Virus record (IMG/VR): IMGVR_UViG_3300013767_000067
Location: 1 to 54,070 of that record
Length of the DNA: 54,070 bases
Source of the DNA: a virus
Taxonomy: Duplodnaviria > Caudoviricetes
Direction: 5' to 3' (one strand)
Both the position numbers and the translations under genes were made by a program. This document shows positions 37,541 through 47,361 of this stretch, one piece after another. Below the pieces are notes generated by a model that ran no database searches, had not been told where the DNA came from, and saw only the letters and a list, made by a program, of their open reading frames with translations. Position 1 is the first letter of the stretch, and every line of letters begins with the position of its first letter.

Positions 37541-38461
37541 TTACTCTGAGTCTGGCGCGCCCAAGGGGAGGCTGATTTGTTTCATCCCCCGGCGGTGATC
37601 CAGCACCTTTAGGATGGTGTACTCCGACTTGAGTTTGTCCCCATCCAAGCGTTGCTTCTCCTCGATTTCAACTCGGAGCGTGTCGCCACGGCTGAAGGAG
37701 GCCTCATTCATTGCAATGCGGTCTAGGAACTCAATGTCAGTAATGGTGGCATAGAACGACCCTGACCCATCAAAGAACCGCCACTTATTGGCCTCGGAGA
37801 ATTCGATGCGCTCAATTTGCACGGACTTATGGTAGGTGTTGGTGTCCAGCGTCACACTGGCCGGCGGCGGTGACTTGAACCAGCTGATCTGCTCTTTCTT
37901 GATGACTTCGTGCACCGCCGAATCTGTACCGACCGCGAAGGTATCAATCCCTTCGCGCTCCAACGGGTCAAGTACAGCCTCAATCGCGCGACGCAGTTCA
38001 TAATCGCGGATCAGCTCCAGCACTTCTAGCTCGACGTTGAGCGATTCATCATCGATGAAGAGAGTAGCCGTTCCTTCGCCGGTTTCAACCCTGCGGATAG
38101 CGCGACCCTTCGCCCAACGGATCACTTTGATAACGCTGGTGAACCCATCCTTAACGCTAAAGCCGAGCAGCGCCATCAGGGTAGCCGCCGCCGTGACCTC
38201 TTTGCCGGTCAGGAGGTCGACCGCGTGGGTAAGGAAGCCCTGCACGACGGCAAAATCAATGTTGACGCTACCGGTCTTGAGCGACCCCTTCACGTTGACG
38301 GCCACCTTGGCGCGCCCATCATTGATGACGCGGTTGGCATGCTCCAGCAGATCACCCACGGCCAACAAGGCCGGCGCAAGCACGCGCACGTCAATCTCGT
38401 GCGACTGCAGCGCTGGCCCGTCATACGTGATGCGAAAATTTTCGTGTTTCATGTCGATCAT
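37541..38461 (-). CDS. Conserved prophage accessory protein, possible C-terminal OB fold
   Basis: 306 aa; YDGPALQSHEIDV..LAPAL N-terminus; KWRF.DG..FYATITD.EFL...F..GDTL. Confidence 0.7.
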   Translation of the reverse strand: MIDMKHENFRITYDGPALQSHEIDVRVLAPALLAVGDLLEHANRVINDGRAKVAVNVKGSLKTGSVNIDFAVVQGFLTHAVDLLTGKEVTAAATLMALLGFSVKDGFTSVIKVIRWAKGRAIRRVETGEGTATLFIDDESLNVELEVLELIRDYELRRAIEAVLDPLEREGIDTFAVGTDSAVHEVIKKEQISWFKSPPPASVTLDTNTYHKSVQIERIEFSEANKWRFFDGSGSFYATITDIEFLDRIAMNEASFSRGDTLRVEIEEKQRLDGDKLKSEYTILKVLDHRRGMKQISLPLGAPDSE

Positions 38462-38764
38462 TATCGCCGAACCGTCTTTCTTTTTCTTTAGTGATTGGCT
38501 GACGCCTTACTTTTTGACGCCTACTTCGCGTTGCGCACAGCCGCTCAAGCTGGTCGCCCTTCACAGTGATGCTGTGAAAGCCTGGGCTCTCACTCTTCAG
38601 TCGGGCTGCTTCCAAGCTACAACTGCTCGTCCAGCACCACCTTCCGGTCGAAATTTCGGAAGATGATGAGGCGCGAGGCTATCCCTCTGCCCATGGGCTA
38701 GCCGTTGGGCATAGCTGTCTCTATGCAGCTAGAATGCCATTTTCCGTAATGACGGATGGGACAT

Positions 38765-39400
38765 ATGAAAGCAAAAATCCTACTGCCACTCTTTGTGGTG
38801 GCGCTTGCCGGGTGCGACAAGCCACAAAGCACTGATCAAGCCGCGACGGCTCCAATTGAGTCCTCTTCGCCATCTGCCATGGCCCCGCCGGCTGAAACTA
38901 GTGCTCCATCTGTCGCAAATGTAGCAGCATCCCCTGCCCCCGTAGCTGCTGCAGAGCCCGAGAGCAAATGGTCATATAGCACCAATGAAGACAAGATGCG
39001 CAAGAGTCGTCAGCTCATGGCATCACTTATGTCATCGGATCAGATCCAGCTCTCTTCCCCCTACGACGGTGGATCAGACTTGATGTTGTCGCTCCGTGAT
39101 GACCCCAAGTATGGCAAAGATATTTTACTGGTACTTACCAAAGGACAAATGTCCTGCCCCAGTTACCAAGGATGTTCGTTTAGTGTGAAATTCGACAATG
39201 GCCCGATCCAGAACTTTAGGGCATATGGCTCTTCCAATGGACGAAACGACGTTCTCTTCATCAATGGTCAGACTTCCCGAAAAAAATTCTTAGCCAGCCT
39301 TCGTGCCGCAAAAAGAATGATTGTTGAGGTCGACATTTTCCAAGCGGGCCGCCAGCAGTTCACATTTGAACCGACTGGGCTGACTTGGAAGTGGTTCTAG
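38765..39400 (+). CDS. Lipoprotein
   Basis: Lipobox LAGC, Ala/Pro linker, WSY...D.M and VKFDNGP domain. Confidence 0.75.
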   Translation: MKAKILLPLFVVALAGCDKPQSTDQAATAPIESSSPSAMAPPAETSAPSVANVAASPAPVAAAEPESKWSYSTNEDKMRKSRQLMASLMSSDQIQLSSPYDGGSDLMLSLRDDPKYGKDILLVLTKGQMSCPSYQGCSFSVKFDNGPIQNFRAYGSSNGRNDVLFINGQTSRKKFLASLRAAKRMIVEVDIFQAGRQQFTFEPTGLTWKWF

Positions 39401-39444
39401 TGTCTGCATGCTTGCAGCCAATGACTTAACAAAGAGGGGGCGGA

Positions 39445-39759
39445 ATGAAGAAATTAGGGATGGGAATCGCGGTGGCTGCGGTCGTTGCTGCCCTGGCATA
39501 CACACAACTCACCATCTTCGTCGTGCAGCCTATAGGGGCTATTCCTGAAGGTCGGACGATGATCATCCTTCGTCTCAACAAGACCGAGTTCATCGACAGC
39601 GCTGATGCCATGTGCGAGCGGCAAATGGGCGGCGTCAGCCTCTTCTGCCGCATAGCAGCGCTGGGCGCTGTGGCGGAGAAATCAACGATTTTGATGCGTC
39701 TACCGTACAGTCAGTGGCTGTACGAAATCTCGACTGGCGGAAAGGTTTACGACCGCTAG
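39445..39759 (+). CDS. Exported/membrane hypothetical protein
   Basis: Signal/TM N-terminus; FIDSADAMC...LFCR Cys pair. Confidence 0.7.
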   Translation: MKKLGMGIAVAAVVAALAYTQLTIFVVQPIGAIPEGRTMIILRLNKTEFIDSADAMCERQMGGVSLFCRIAALGAVAEKSTILMRLPYSQWLYEISTGGKVYDR

Positions 39760-39781
39760 CGGCTAGCTTACTCAAGCCTAC

Positions 39782-39805
39782 AACCCGCCATTTTGGCGGG
39801 TTTTT
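39782..39805. terminator. Terminator between convergent accessory genes
   Basis: AACCCGCCA-TTT-TGGCGGGTTTTT. Confidence 0.7.
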
Positions 39806-39821
39806 CATTGCCGGCATCCTG

Positions 39822-40361
39822 CTATTGCAGTGACATCTCTAGCTTACTGGCCAGCTCAACTGCCTCCACGTTACCGACCGCTTTTGCCGCCTTCTTCAGT
39901 GCCGCGATGTCAGTTGCCTTGAGGTTTCTTTCCTTGTCGAAGTAGCTCTTTGGTAGCGCCCTCTTCTGCTGCTTCGACCAGTGCTGAACCATCTTCTGGA
40001 TCATCCGCTCATCCTCTGCCGCCATCCGCTCCACACGCTTGATCACTGCTTGATAGTTGCCGGCTTTCAGGTCTTCACGATTGAACTGACGCCAGATCAA
40101 GAACAGCTCGCGGTAGTGGCCCTTGTAGATGCTCGGCCGCCTGATGGATGGCAAGAGCAGCCTCTCCGCGTCCTTCAGGCGGCCTTCCTTTCGCGCTTGA
40201 TGGGCTTGCTCGAATCGAGCAACAGCCGCTGATACACCAGGCACGATGTCGTTGGCTGCTAGCGTGTCAGTCTCCCCATCCAAGAACCGCTCCACGTTGC
40301 TTTTGCGTTTTGCTATCGGCTTTGCGCTGGGCAAGCCACGTAACGAATCCCAAATGCTCAT
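39822..40361 (-). CDS. Hypothetical helical basic protein
   Basis: 179-aa ORF with GAGG RBS. Confidence 0.65.
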   Translation of the reverse strand: MSIWDSLRGLPSAKPIAKRKSNVERFLDGETDTLAANDIVPGVSAAVARFEQAHQARKEGRLKDAERLLLPSIRRPSIYKGHYRELFLIWRQFNREDLKAGNYQAVIKRVERMAAEDERMIQKMVQHWSKQQKRALPKSYFDKERNLKATDIAALKKAAKAVGNVEAVELASKLEMSLQ

Positions 40362-40387
40362 GTCGCAACCTCAAGACGTTGACGTCA

Positions 40388-40750
40388 TCATGCATGGCAA
40401 TACATCTCCCAACGAGCCTGTAGAACACCTGGCTTTTCTCGCTCCAGGATGATGCTGTAAGCCGGCACCTTTCCCTGCACATAGTCTGCGATGAATCGCT
40501 GGCGGCCCACGTACCCACCCAGTCGGTTTTTGGCGTTCACGTAGCCACAGATCTGACTATTTGCACCTTGAATGGTCTCGTACACGCGCACCTCTTCATA
40601 AACAGCTGAGTCGGCGTCGAACAGCAGCTCACGCATCCCATCCTTAACTGCGCGATTGGGGGCGGTTACTTCTGAAATGACCAGTCCGCCAATCAACAAC
40701 GCGATCACGGTGCCGGCAATCAATGCCGTCTTTTGCTCGTTGTTTGTCAT
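40388..40750 (-). CDS. Membrane-anchored protein, same family as 17721-18083
   Basis: TM; LFDADSA...ICGYVNAKNRLGGYVGRQRF. Confidence 0.75.
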   Translation of the reverse strand: MTNNEQKTALIAGTVIALLIGGLVISEVTAPNRAVKDGMRELLFDADSAVYEEVRVYETIQGANSQICGYVNAKNRLGGYVGRQRFIADYVQGKVPAYSIILEREKPGVLQARWEMYCHA

Positions 40751-40850
40751 CGCTGACGCCCTTGTGTTTCACGAGAAGAAATCATATCCCGGAGCCATCT
40801 TGGCCACATCGTGGCATCTACGTACCTACCCACTACTGTTGCCCATTTGC

Positions 40851-40911
40851 AAACACAGGTTTGCACCAAATGGAAACCAAAGTTGACATAATGGAAACCA
40901 GGGTTTACATT
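40851..40911 (+). promoter_or_regulatory. OL (three operators) and PL
   Basis: AAACACAGGTTT 40851, AAACCAAAGTTG 40874, AAACCAGGGTTT 40895; TTGACA(40883)-17-TACATT(40906). Confidence 0.8.
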
Positions 40912-40917
40912 TCAATC

Positions 40918-41600
40918 CAACAGCGCAACACACCGCGCACCGCTCTCTACCGACAATCTGCAAACCGCCCGGCTTACGGGGCGCGAGGAAGGCGAAGGCT
41001 TCGGCCAACGCTCACCAACTCGTAAAACTCGAGTACCAGCAGGACCGCAGAACATCGCGGGATGGCGTGAATCCTCTCTCAGATATGGGCGGGAAACGTT
41101 GATTGTCGGCTGGTTAACACAGTAAGCGGAGCCGTGACGCAATCACGGAGGTAGGCGAAGTACACAGGGGAGCGGCGCCCTGACAGAAACGGCTGATTAG
41201 GTAGTAGTAGCACTGGCGACCACGGCCAGCGACCGAGCAAAGGAAGTGAACGGGTGGAGTTGGCGAGGCGAGTGACCCAGCCAAGGGAAGCGCTGCGGCG
41301 CATGGGGTACTGACCGGTTGGCGCCCGGATAACGCATCAATAGCCTTACCGACGACGACACCGAAACACAATCAGCCGGACAAGCACTGCCCAACCGGCC
41401 CCGGACGCTGTACCCGGGATGCAGTCGAAGCAAACAGGCGTGCGGCGGCCTGACCCAACGGCTGATAACGCAGTACCCCACCGACTACGACGTAGCGAGG
41501 CTTCGGCTTACGGACAGCGCCGAATTGGTGGAGCAGCAAGCGCGAGCCGGTCGCTCAATACCGGCTAAACCCAAGCCGCCTTGCATGAGGCGGTTTCGGT
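40918..41600 (+). ncRNA. Candidate large structured RNA in the PL leader
   Basis: No credible ORF; many nested long-range helices; two cUUCGg hairpins; ends in terminator-like hairpin. Confidence 0.55.
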
Positions 41601-41617
41601 TTCTTAGGGAGGATCAA

Positions 41618-41755
41618 ATGCGGCTTTATCTGAATACCAAAACCATTGAGGCAGAGTGGCGGCACCCGCTGGAAGCAACCGACAGTGGTCTACTGGACTG
41701 CAGCGCTATGACAGACAGCGAATTCGAAGCGCTCTTTGTTAGCTGGCTCAAGTAG
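41618..41755 (+). CDS. 45-aa hypothetical protein, first gene of the PL operon
   Basis: GGAGG RBS. Confidence 0.65.
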   Translation: MRLYLNTKTIEAEWRHPLEATDSGLLDCSAMTDSEFEALFVSWLK

Positions 41756-42166
41756 TTCAGCAACGCCGCTTCGACGAGGCGGCACATCTGGCGCGACTTA
41801 CCGTGATCGCACGCAAAACGACCACGGCGCCGGCAGGTTGCGGGAGGGAGTGCCCGCGAGTCCCGCCAGATGTGAACGAGCGCAACTCACCCCGCACGGG
41901 AACGGGGCCGCTTCGACGGGGATTCATCCAGGGCGCGCGGATCGTCCTGTTTCTCGGGATCCGCAACAGCAGCCATCAGCCGAGAGGTAGCCTGATGATG
42001 GTCGGATGACTCACGAGACGAGTCGCAACACCGCATTGCCTGCCGGTTCGAATAGCTACGCGATTTCGGGGAATGGCTGGACGGGCAATGCGGTGTTGTG
42101 TGCAGTTTCTCCATCGACCTTTGGCCCCGCCTCGTGCGGGGCTTTTTCATGCAGCCTGGAGGTTTC

Positions 42167-42700
42167 ATGCTCACGCACGAAAGACTCAAGCATCTTCTTG
42201 ACTACTCCCCTGAAACAGGAGAATTCACATGGAAGGTAAATCACTCCAAGTGGAAATCAGGAGATGTAGTGAACACTAAGCACATAAGCGGATACATCGT
42301 TTTGTACTTTGGTGGAAATCATTATCTATGCCATCGCCTAGCATGGTTTTTTGCTCATGGCCGCATGCCATCTGGAGTAATCGACCACATCAATCACGTC
42401 CGTTCTGACAACCGACTTTGCAACCTAAGAGAAGCTAGCCCTTCGATAAATTCCCGCAACCGCTCCATGGGGAACAACAACAAAACCGGCGTGCTTGGCG
42501 TCTACTTTAAACCAAGGTCAAGAAGGTGGTGGGCTGAGATACAGGTTGATGGCAAGAAGATTCACTTGGGGTATTTCGATACTAAAGAGCTAGCGACAGA
42601 AGCTAGAAAGCAAGCCGAGCGACGGTACAACTTCCATCCGTTGCATGGGGACAAACATAGGCCGCCTAGCGCGGCCTTAATCACGACGGAGGCAGCATGA
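42167..42700 (+). CDS. HNH endonuclease with AP2 domain
   Basis: HRLAW...IDHINHVRSDNRLCNLR; NKTGVLGV...HLGYFDT. Confidence 0.9.
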   Translation: MLTHERLKHLLDYSPETGEFTWKVNHSKWKSGDVVNTKHISGYIVLYFGGNHYLCHRLAWFFAHGRMPSGVIDHINHVRSDNRLCNLREASPSINSRNRSMGNNNKTGVLGVYFKPRSRRWWAEIQVDGKKIHLGYFDTKELATEARKQAERRYNFHPLHGDKHRPPSAALITTEAA

Positions 42701-44053
42701 ACCATACACCAGAACCGTGGCCGCCCTACGTCGACGTGGCTGTCGTGATGTCGCCTGATCCAAATGGGCCAGACGCGGCAGTTCTGTCGTTCGAGAACTA
42801 TCAGCGAGCCAAAGTCTGCGTAGATGCATGCGTGGGAATACCGACAGAGCTATTGGAGGCGATGAAGGACTTTGAGAAAGCTGGCGTACAGACGGTGAAC
42901 AGCGTTCTCCTGCAGCGCGACCAGCTGCTGGCGGCACTGGAAGAGTCTCGGCGATACGTAGCGGCTCACACCGTTCACCATGCGCCCGAAGATGGCGGCC
43001 CTTGGTCTGTTCTTGAACAAGTTGATGCCGCCATCGCCGCAGTGAAAGGAGGTGCTGCATGACCGCCACCTACAACCGCAAGACCAAGACGGTGACGATC
43101 TACGAAGCGTCAGGCGCATTCGTAGAGCCCCAACGCTGCAGCAGCATCGCCGAGGCGAGGAAGATCGCCAGAGGCTACGGAATCACCACCACCGCCGCCT
43201 AGCGGCTTTTTTTACGCCCGGAGCATCCCATGTCACGACATCGCGTCGTTTTCCAGCACGTCGTGAGCGGCGAAGAGTCGTGCCACGAGTGCGAAGCACA
43301 CGAACCCTACATCGCGCTCGAGAAGGCGCGCATCGAACTGAACCCGCGCAGGAATGGCCTGGTGCTGCTGCGCATTGAAACCATTGAGGAGGAGGCCCAT
43401 GCGTAGCCCGATGCTGGATCACGTCAATCAGCTGGAAAACGAGGAGCTGGCCGATCAACGCCGGCAAGAGCGCAATGATTGCTGGGCTGCCTTCGGGAAG
43501 ATCGCGGCCTTGCTGGTGGCGCTGGTCATCATTCAAGCACTGATCTGGAGCTAGCCATGTCACTCAGCGTCATGATCGGCCCTTTCCGGGTCGAGTACGA
43601 CTACACGCCGCCGGAGCGCGAGTATTTCAGCGGGCGAAACGGCATCGGCAACCCGGGCTGTGACGAGGAGTTCACCCCGACCCGCATTTACGGGCCTGAC
43701 GGTAAGGACATTACCGATCTGGTGGTGGCGCTCGGCATGTGCAGCATCATCCACCCCGATTCGATGGGCGAGGACTGGACCGACGTAGTGCGGCCGATGG
43801 TCGCTGCGGCACACCACCTCCGAGCCGAGCAACAAGGCGCCGAAGCCGCATGGGAAAGGATGGCCGCATGAGCCGATCCAACTACATGGGTGCCAAGGAC
43901 ATCGCCGAGGCGATTCGCGCCGCGCGCAACCAGTCGTTCGGGCCGCGCGTTGCCATCAGCGGCACGCCGGACTCGAGGCAGAAAATCGAAGTGCGCCACC
44001 GGGTCGAGGATCTGCACGATCTGCGGCGCATCAACCAGAGGGATTACCAATGA
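42697..44053 (+). other. Cluster of small coupled early hypothetical genes
   Basis: Overlapping start/stop ORFs, e.g. 42697-43062, 43059-43202, 43557-43871, 43868-44053. Confidence 0.6.
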
Positions 44054-44991
44054 GCGCAACCGATCGCGCCGAGTGGTTGGCACTTCGGCAAACAGGCATT
44101 GGCGGCAGCGACGCCGGCACCGTGCTGGGCGTCAACCCGTACAAGCAGTCGCTGCAGCTGTACCACGAGAAGCGTGGCGAGTTGGAGGCGGACGACCTGA
44201 GCGAGAACGAAGCCGTTCACTTCGGCAACACGCTCGAAGACGTGGTGGCCGCCGAGTTCACCCGCCGCACCGGCCTGAAGGTGCAGCGCTTCAACAGCAC
44301 GCTGCGGCATCCGGAGCACCCGTTCATGATCGCCAACCTGGATCGCTTGGTTTGGGAGGGCGACAAGAAGCCGGCGCACAACGGCGAGATCCGCACCAAG
44401 ACGCTACTGGAGTGCAAGACCGCGCTCGGTCGCTTCACCGACAAAACGGCTTGGGGTCCGGACGGCACCGACGAAGTGCCGGAAACCTACTTCATGCAGT
44501 GCATGCACTACCTGGCGGTGACCGGCGCCGACGTGTGCTACCTGGCCGTGCTGATGGCCGGCCCGGAATTCCGCATCTACGTGATCCGCCGCGACGAAGT
44601 GATCATCGCCGCTATAGTCGAGGCCGAGCGGCTGTTCTGGCAGCAGGTACAGGACGGCACGCCGCCGGCACTGGATTGCGAGCACCGCACCGCTGGCAAT
44701 CTGCTGGACAGGCTCTACCCTGGCACCGATGGCAGCACCATCGAGCTGCCGGCCGACGTCGAGCATTGGCACCAGGTGCGTGTGCACTCCAAGGATCAGG
44801 CCAAGCAATACGAGGCCGCCGCCGACGCCGCGACCAACCACATCAAGAACCTGATGGGCACGGCGGCGATCGCCAAACTGCCGGATGGTACGGCCTACAC
44901 CCGCAAAGAAGTGAAACGGAAAGGCTACGAAGTGGCCGATACGACCTATGTTGATTTCCGGTTCACCGCCAAACCCAAGGAAGCAGCATGA
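44050..44991 (+). CDS. YqaJ/lambda-exonuclease family protein
   Basis: WLALRQTGIGGSDA, ANLDR, LECKT, YFMQCMHY. Confidence 0.92.
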   Translation: MSATDRAEWLALRQTGIGGSDAGTVLGVNPYKQSLQLYHEKRGELEADDLSENEAVHFGNTLEDVVAAEFTRRTGLKVQRFNSTLRHPEHPFMIANLDRLVWEGDKKPAHNGEIRTKTLLECKTALGRFTDKTAWGPDGTDEVPETYFMQCMHYLAVTGADVCYLAVLMAGPEFRIYVIRRDEVIIAAIVEAERLFWQQVQDGTPPALDCEHRTAGNLLDRLYPGTDGSTIELPADVEHWHQVRVHSKDQAKQYEAAADAATNHIKNLMGTAAIAKLPDGTAYTRKEVKRKGYEVADTTYVDFRFTAKPKEAA

Positions 44992-45938
44992 ACGAATTGA
45001 CCACCACCAGCGGCGGCTTTGACCTGTCGCCGCGAAGCCTGGATGAAGCACTCAAGGTCGCTGACTGCCTCTCCAAGAGCACCATCGTGCCAAAGGACTA
45101 CCAGAACAACCCCGGCAACATTCTGGTGGCAATTCAGTGGGGCATGGAGATCGGCTTGAAGCCGATGCAGGCGATGCAAAACATCGCGGTGATCAACGGC
45201 CGGCCGTCGGTGTGGGGGGATGCGCTGTTGGCAATCGTACGCGCTTCGCCGCTGTGCGAGTACGTCCGCGAGGATGTCTCCGACTCCGGCGCGATATGCT
45301 ACGTGAAGCGCCGCGGCGAGCCGGAAGTGTCGCGCGAATTCACCGTCGAAGACGCCAAGAAAGCCGGCCTGTGGTCGAAGTCCGGCCCTTGGGCGCAGTA
45401 CCCGAAGCGGATGATGCAGATGCGGGCCCGGGCATTCGCCCTGCGTGACGTGTTCACCGATGTGCTCAAGGGCATGGCCGTGGCCGAGGAAGAACAGGAT
45501 CGGTTGGCCGAACGAGACATCACGCCGGCCGCGCCGGGCACTGCAACCGGACCGGGCAGCCGCACTGCGGCGATGAAGGCGAAGCTCGTGAAGCCGCAAC
45601 AACCCGCGCTGCCCTCACCAGAGTTCACCAAGGCCACCGAGCTGATCGCCGCCGCCATCAACAAGGCGACGCTGCATCAGGCCAAGGAAGCCTGCGAGCT
45701 GGTCAATAACCAGCAGGAGGTCGAGCAGCTGCTCACGGTCTACTCGGCGCGCGTTGATTACCTGCGCAGCCAAGCCACGGCCGAATCCGCTCCGCACATC
45801 GACACCCTGCTCGCCCGAGTCAGAACCGCGATGGACGACGAGGCCCTCGACCTGATCCTGGACGAAGGCCGCGCGCTGAGCGAAGCCGACCGGGACGTAT
45901 TGGCCGAACAGGTGGCGCTGCGCCGGGACGAGCTGTGA
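44988..45938 (+). CDS. RecT/Red-beta-like single-strand annealing protein
   Basis: GMEIGLKPMQAMQNIAVINGRPSVWGD, WAQYPKRMMQMRA; coupled to the exonuclease. Confidence 0.8.
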   Translation: MNELTTTSGGFDLSPRSLDEALKVADCLSKSTIVPKDYQNNPGNILVAIQWGMEIGLKPMQAMQNIAVINGRPSVWGDALLAIVRASPLCEYVREDVSDSGAICYVKRRGEPEVSREFTVEDAKKAGLWSKSGPWAQYPKRMMQMRARAFALRDVFTDVLKGMAVAEEEQDRLAERDITPAAPGTATGPGSRTAAMKAKLVKPQQPALPSPEFTKATELIAAAINKATLHQAKEACELVNNQQEVEQLLTVYSARVDYLRSQATAESAPHIDTLLARVRTAMDDEALDLILDEGRALSEADRDVLAEQVALRRDEL

Positions 45939-46049
45939 AGCCCCGTCTCAACCCCATCACCCAAGCCCACCGGCTCCGCATGTGGAACCGGCAGGCAATG
46001 AAGAAACAGGCCCCGCGCGATGCGGGGCTTGTCGCATCTGGAGATCGAC

Positions 46050-46691
46050 ATGCAGCAGAAACACTGCAGAAAGTGCAGTCGCGATCTGCCCATCCACTGC
46101 TTCAGCAGGGACAAGAGCCGGAGTGACGGGCTTTCAAGGCGTTGTAGGTCATGCGATGCAGCTAGGAGAGAGGCCTATCGAAAGGCAAATGCAGACCTTG
46201 AGCGAGAGCGCGACAGATTGCAAAGCGAGCGGAAAAAGGCTAAACGGGCGGCGCAACCAAAAAGCGAATGGCACTTGGCTCGCGAGCGCACTGCCGCCCT
46301 TTTTGCCAAAGGCTTAAAGAAATGCACGAAATGTAAAGAGGTTTTTCCGCTTGATCGATTCTACCAATGCCGCACAGAGAATAATGGACTGGACACGAGG
46401 TGTAAGAGTTGCGCGCATGGGCGATGGAAAATTCTCTACCGAAAGAATGAATCGCTTCGCCAGCGTGCTGCCGCACGACAAGCATTGGCCTACCAGCACA
46501 GGCGAGATTCAATTGTTAGACGGCGCAAAGAAGGCAGAGACAACCTGTCAGACCTTTACGTAAGAAGCCTTCTGGTTGATAGATGCCCAGAAATGCCTAG
46601 AAGCGTTCCGCCCGAACTAATTGCACTCAAACGCGAGCAACTAAAAATCACCCGATACCTTAAGGACATAAAAGATGAACAACATCCGTGA
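46050..46691 (+). CDS. Protein with two CxxC...CxxC zinc-ribbon repeats
   Basis: CRKC...CRSC and CTKC...CKSC; lower GC. Confidence 0.7.
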   Translation: MQQKHCRKCSRDLPIHCFSRDKSRSDGLSRRCRSCDAARREAYRKANADLERERDRLQSERKKAKRAAQPKSEWHLARERTAALFAKGLKKCTKCKEVFPLDRFYQCRTENNGLDTRCKSCAHGRWKILYRKNESLRQRAAARQALAYQHRRDSIVRRRKEGRDNLSDLYVRSLLVDRCPEMPRSVPPELIALKREQLKITRYLKDIKDEQHP

Positions 46692-46875
46692 TGTGCGCGC
46701 CGAATTGGCCGCTGTATTTGAAGGCCTGAAAGCAGGCACGATCAAGCCTGCCGAGGCGTCTGAGTTGAACAACGCGGCCGGTAAGATCATCAACTCGCTC
46801 AAAGTCGAGCTTGAGTATTACGCCCAGCGGAAAGAGTCGCCGAATATTCCATTCTTAGCCACGCAGGACGAGTAA
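46675..46875 (+). CDS. Conserved small phage protein
   Basis: AGKIINSLKVELEY motif; overlaps upstream gene. Confidence 0.65.
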   Translation: MNNIRDVRAELAAVFEGLKAGTIKPAEASELNNAAGKIINSLKVELEYYAQRKESPNIPFLATQDE

Positions 46876-46884
46876 GGGGCTGTC

Positions 46885-47355
46885 ATGCAGAAACGCAAAC
46901 CCCGCCGCGTCGTCAGCCCGCTGATGCTGCTGGCTGGAAAGCAGGCGATCGGCAATGACGCTGACCGCATCCTGTTTCCTTTCGCCGTGCATCTGGAGGA
47001 AGTCGCCAAGGGGCACGGCTACGGACAAAGCATCCGCGTGTTGACCATGTTCGCCGCGGCGACTTACGACGCGGGGCTGTTCTACGGGCACAAGTCGCTG
47101 TTGGCACTGGCCGACAAGGCCGGTGACGACTGGATCGTAGCCGGCGAGACCACACAGCAGCGCGGTATCACTGATCGGATCGTGATGACCGCTGACTCTC
47201 TGAAAGCCATGCGCGCCCTCTTCTGCGCACTGCTGGAGCTGATGCCATCGATGGAGCTGGCGGCATGGACGAGCTTCATGGGTAATGCGCAGCGCCGCTG
47301 GGACAAGTTCGCAGCCAGCCAGCAGAGCGTGTTCCGCTACGCGGCAGCAGCATGA
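46885..47355 (+). CDS. Hypothetical protein
   Basis: 156-aa ORF in the operon. Confidence 0.6.
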   Translation: MQKRKPRRVVSPLMLLAGKQAIGNDADRILFPFAVHLEEVAKGHGYGQSIRVLTMFAAATYDAGLFYGHKSLLALADKAGDDWIVAGETTQQRGITDRIVMTADSLKAMRALFCALLELMPSMELAAWTSFMGNAQRRWDKFAASQQSVFRYAAAA

Positions 47356-47361
47356 GGAGGA

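Noticed and set aside
41129-41150. GAGCCGTGA resembling group II intron domain V
   Set aside because: Forms a short local hairpin; the rest of D5/D6 and an RT are absent
41468-41560. Possible DGR template repeat (ACGCAGTAC ... GCGCGAGCCG)
   Set aside because: Spacing differs from the VRs, the middle does not align and there are no AAC runs
41992-41998. CTGATGA hammerhead core
   Set aside because: No correctly placed GAAA and stems; the motif is paired in a simple hairpin
42045-42053. GGTTCGAAT tRNA T-loop motif
   Set aside because: No cloverleaf, acceptor stem or anticodon arm
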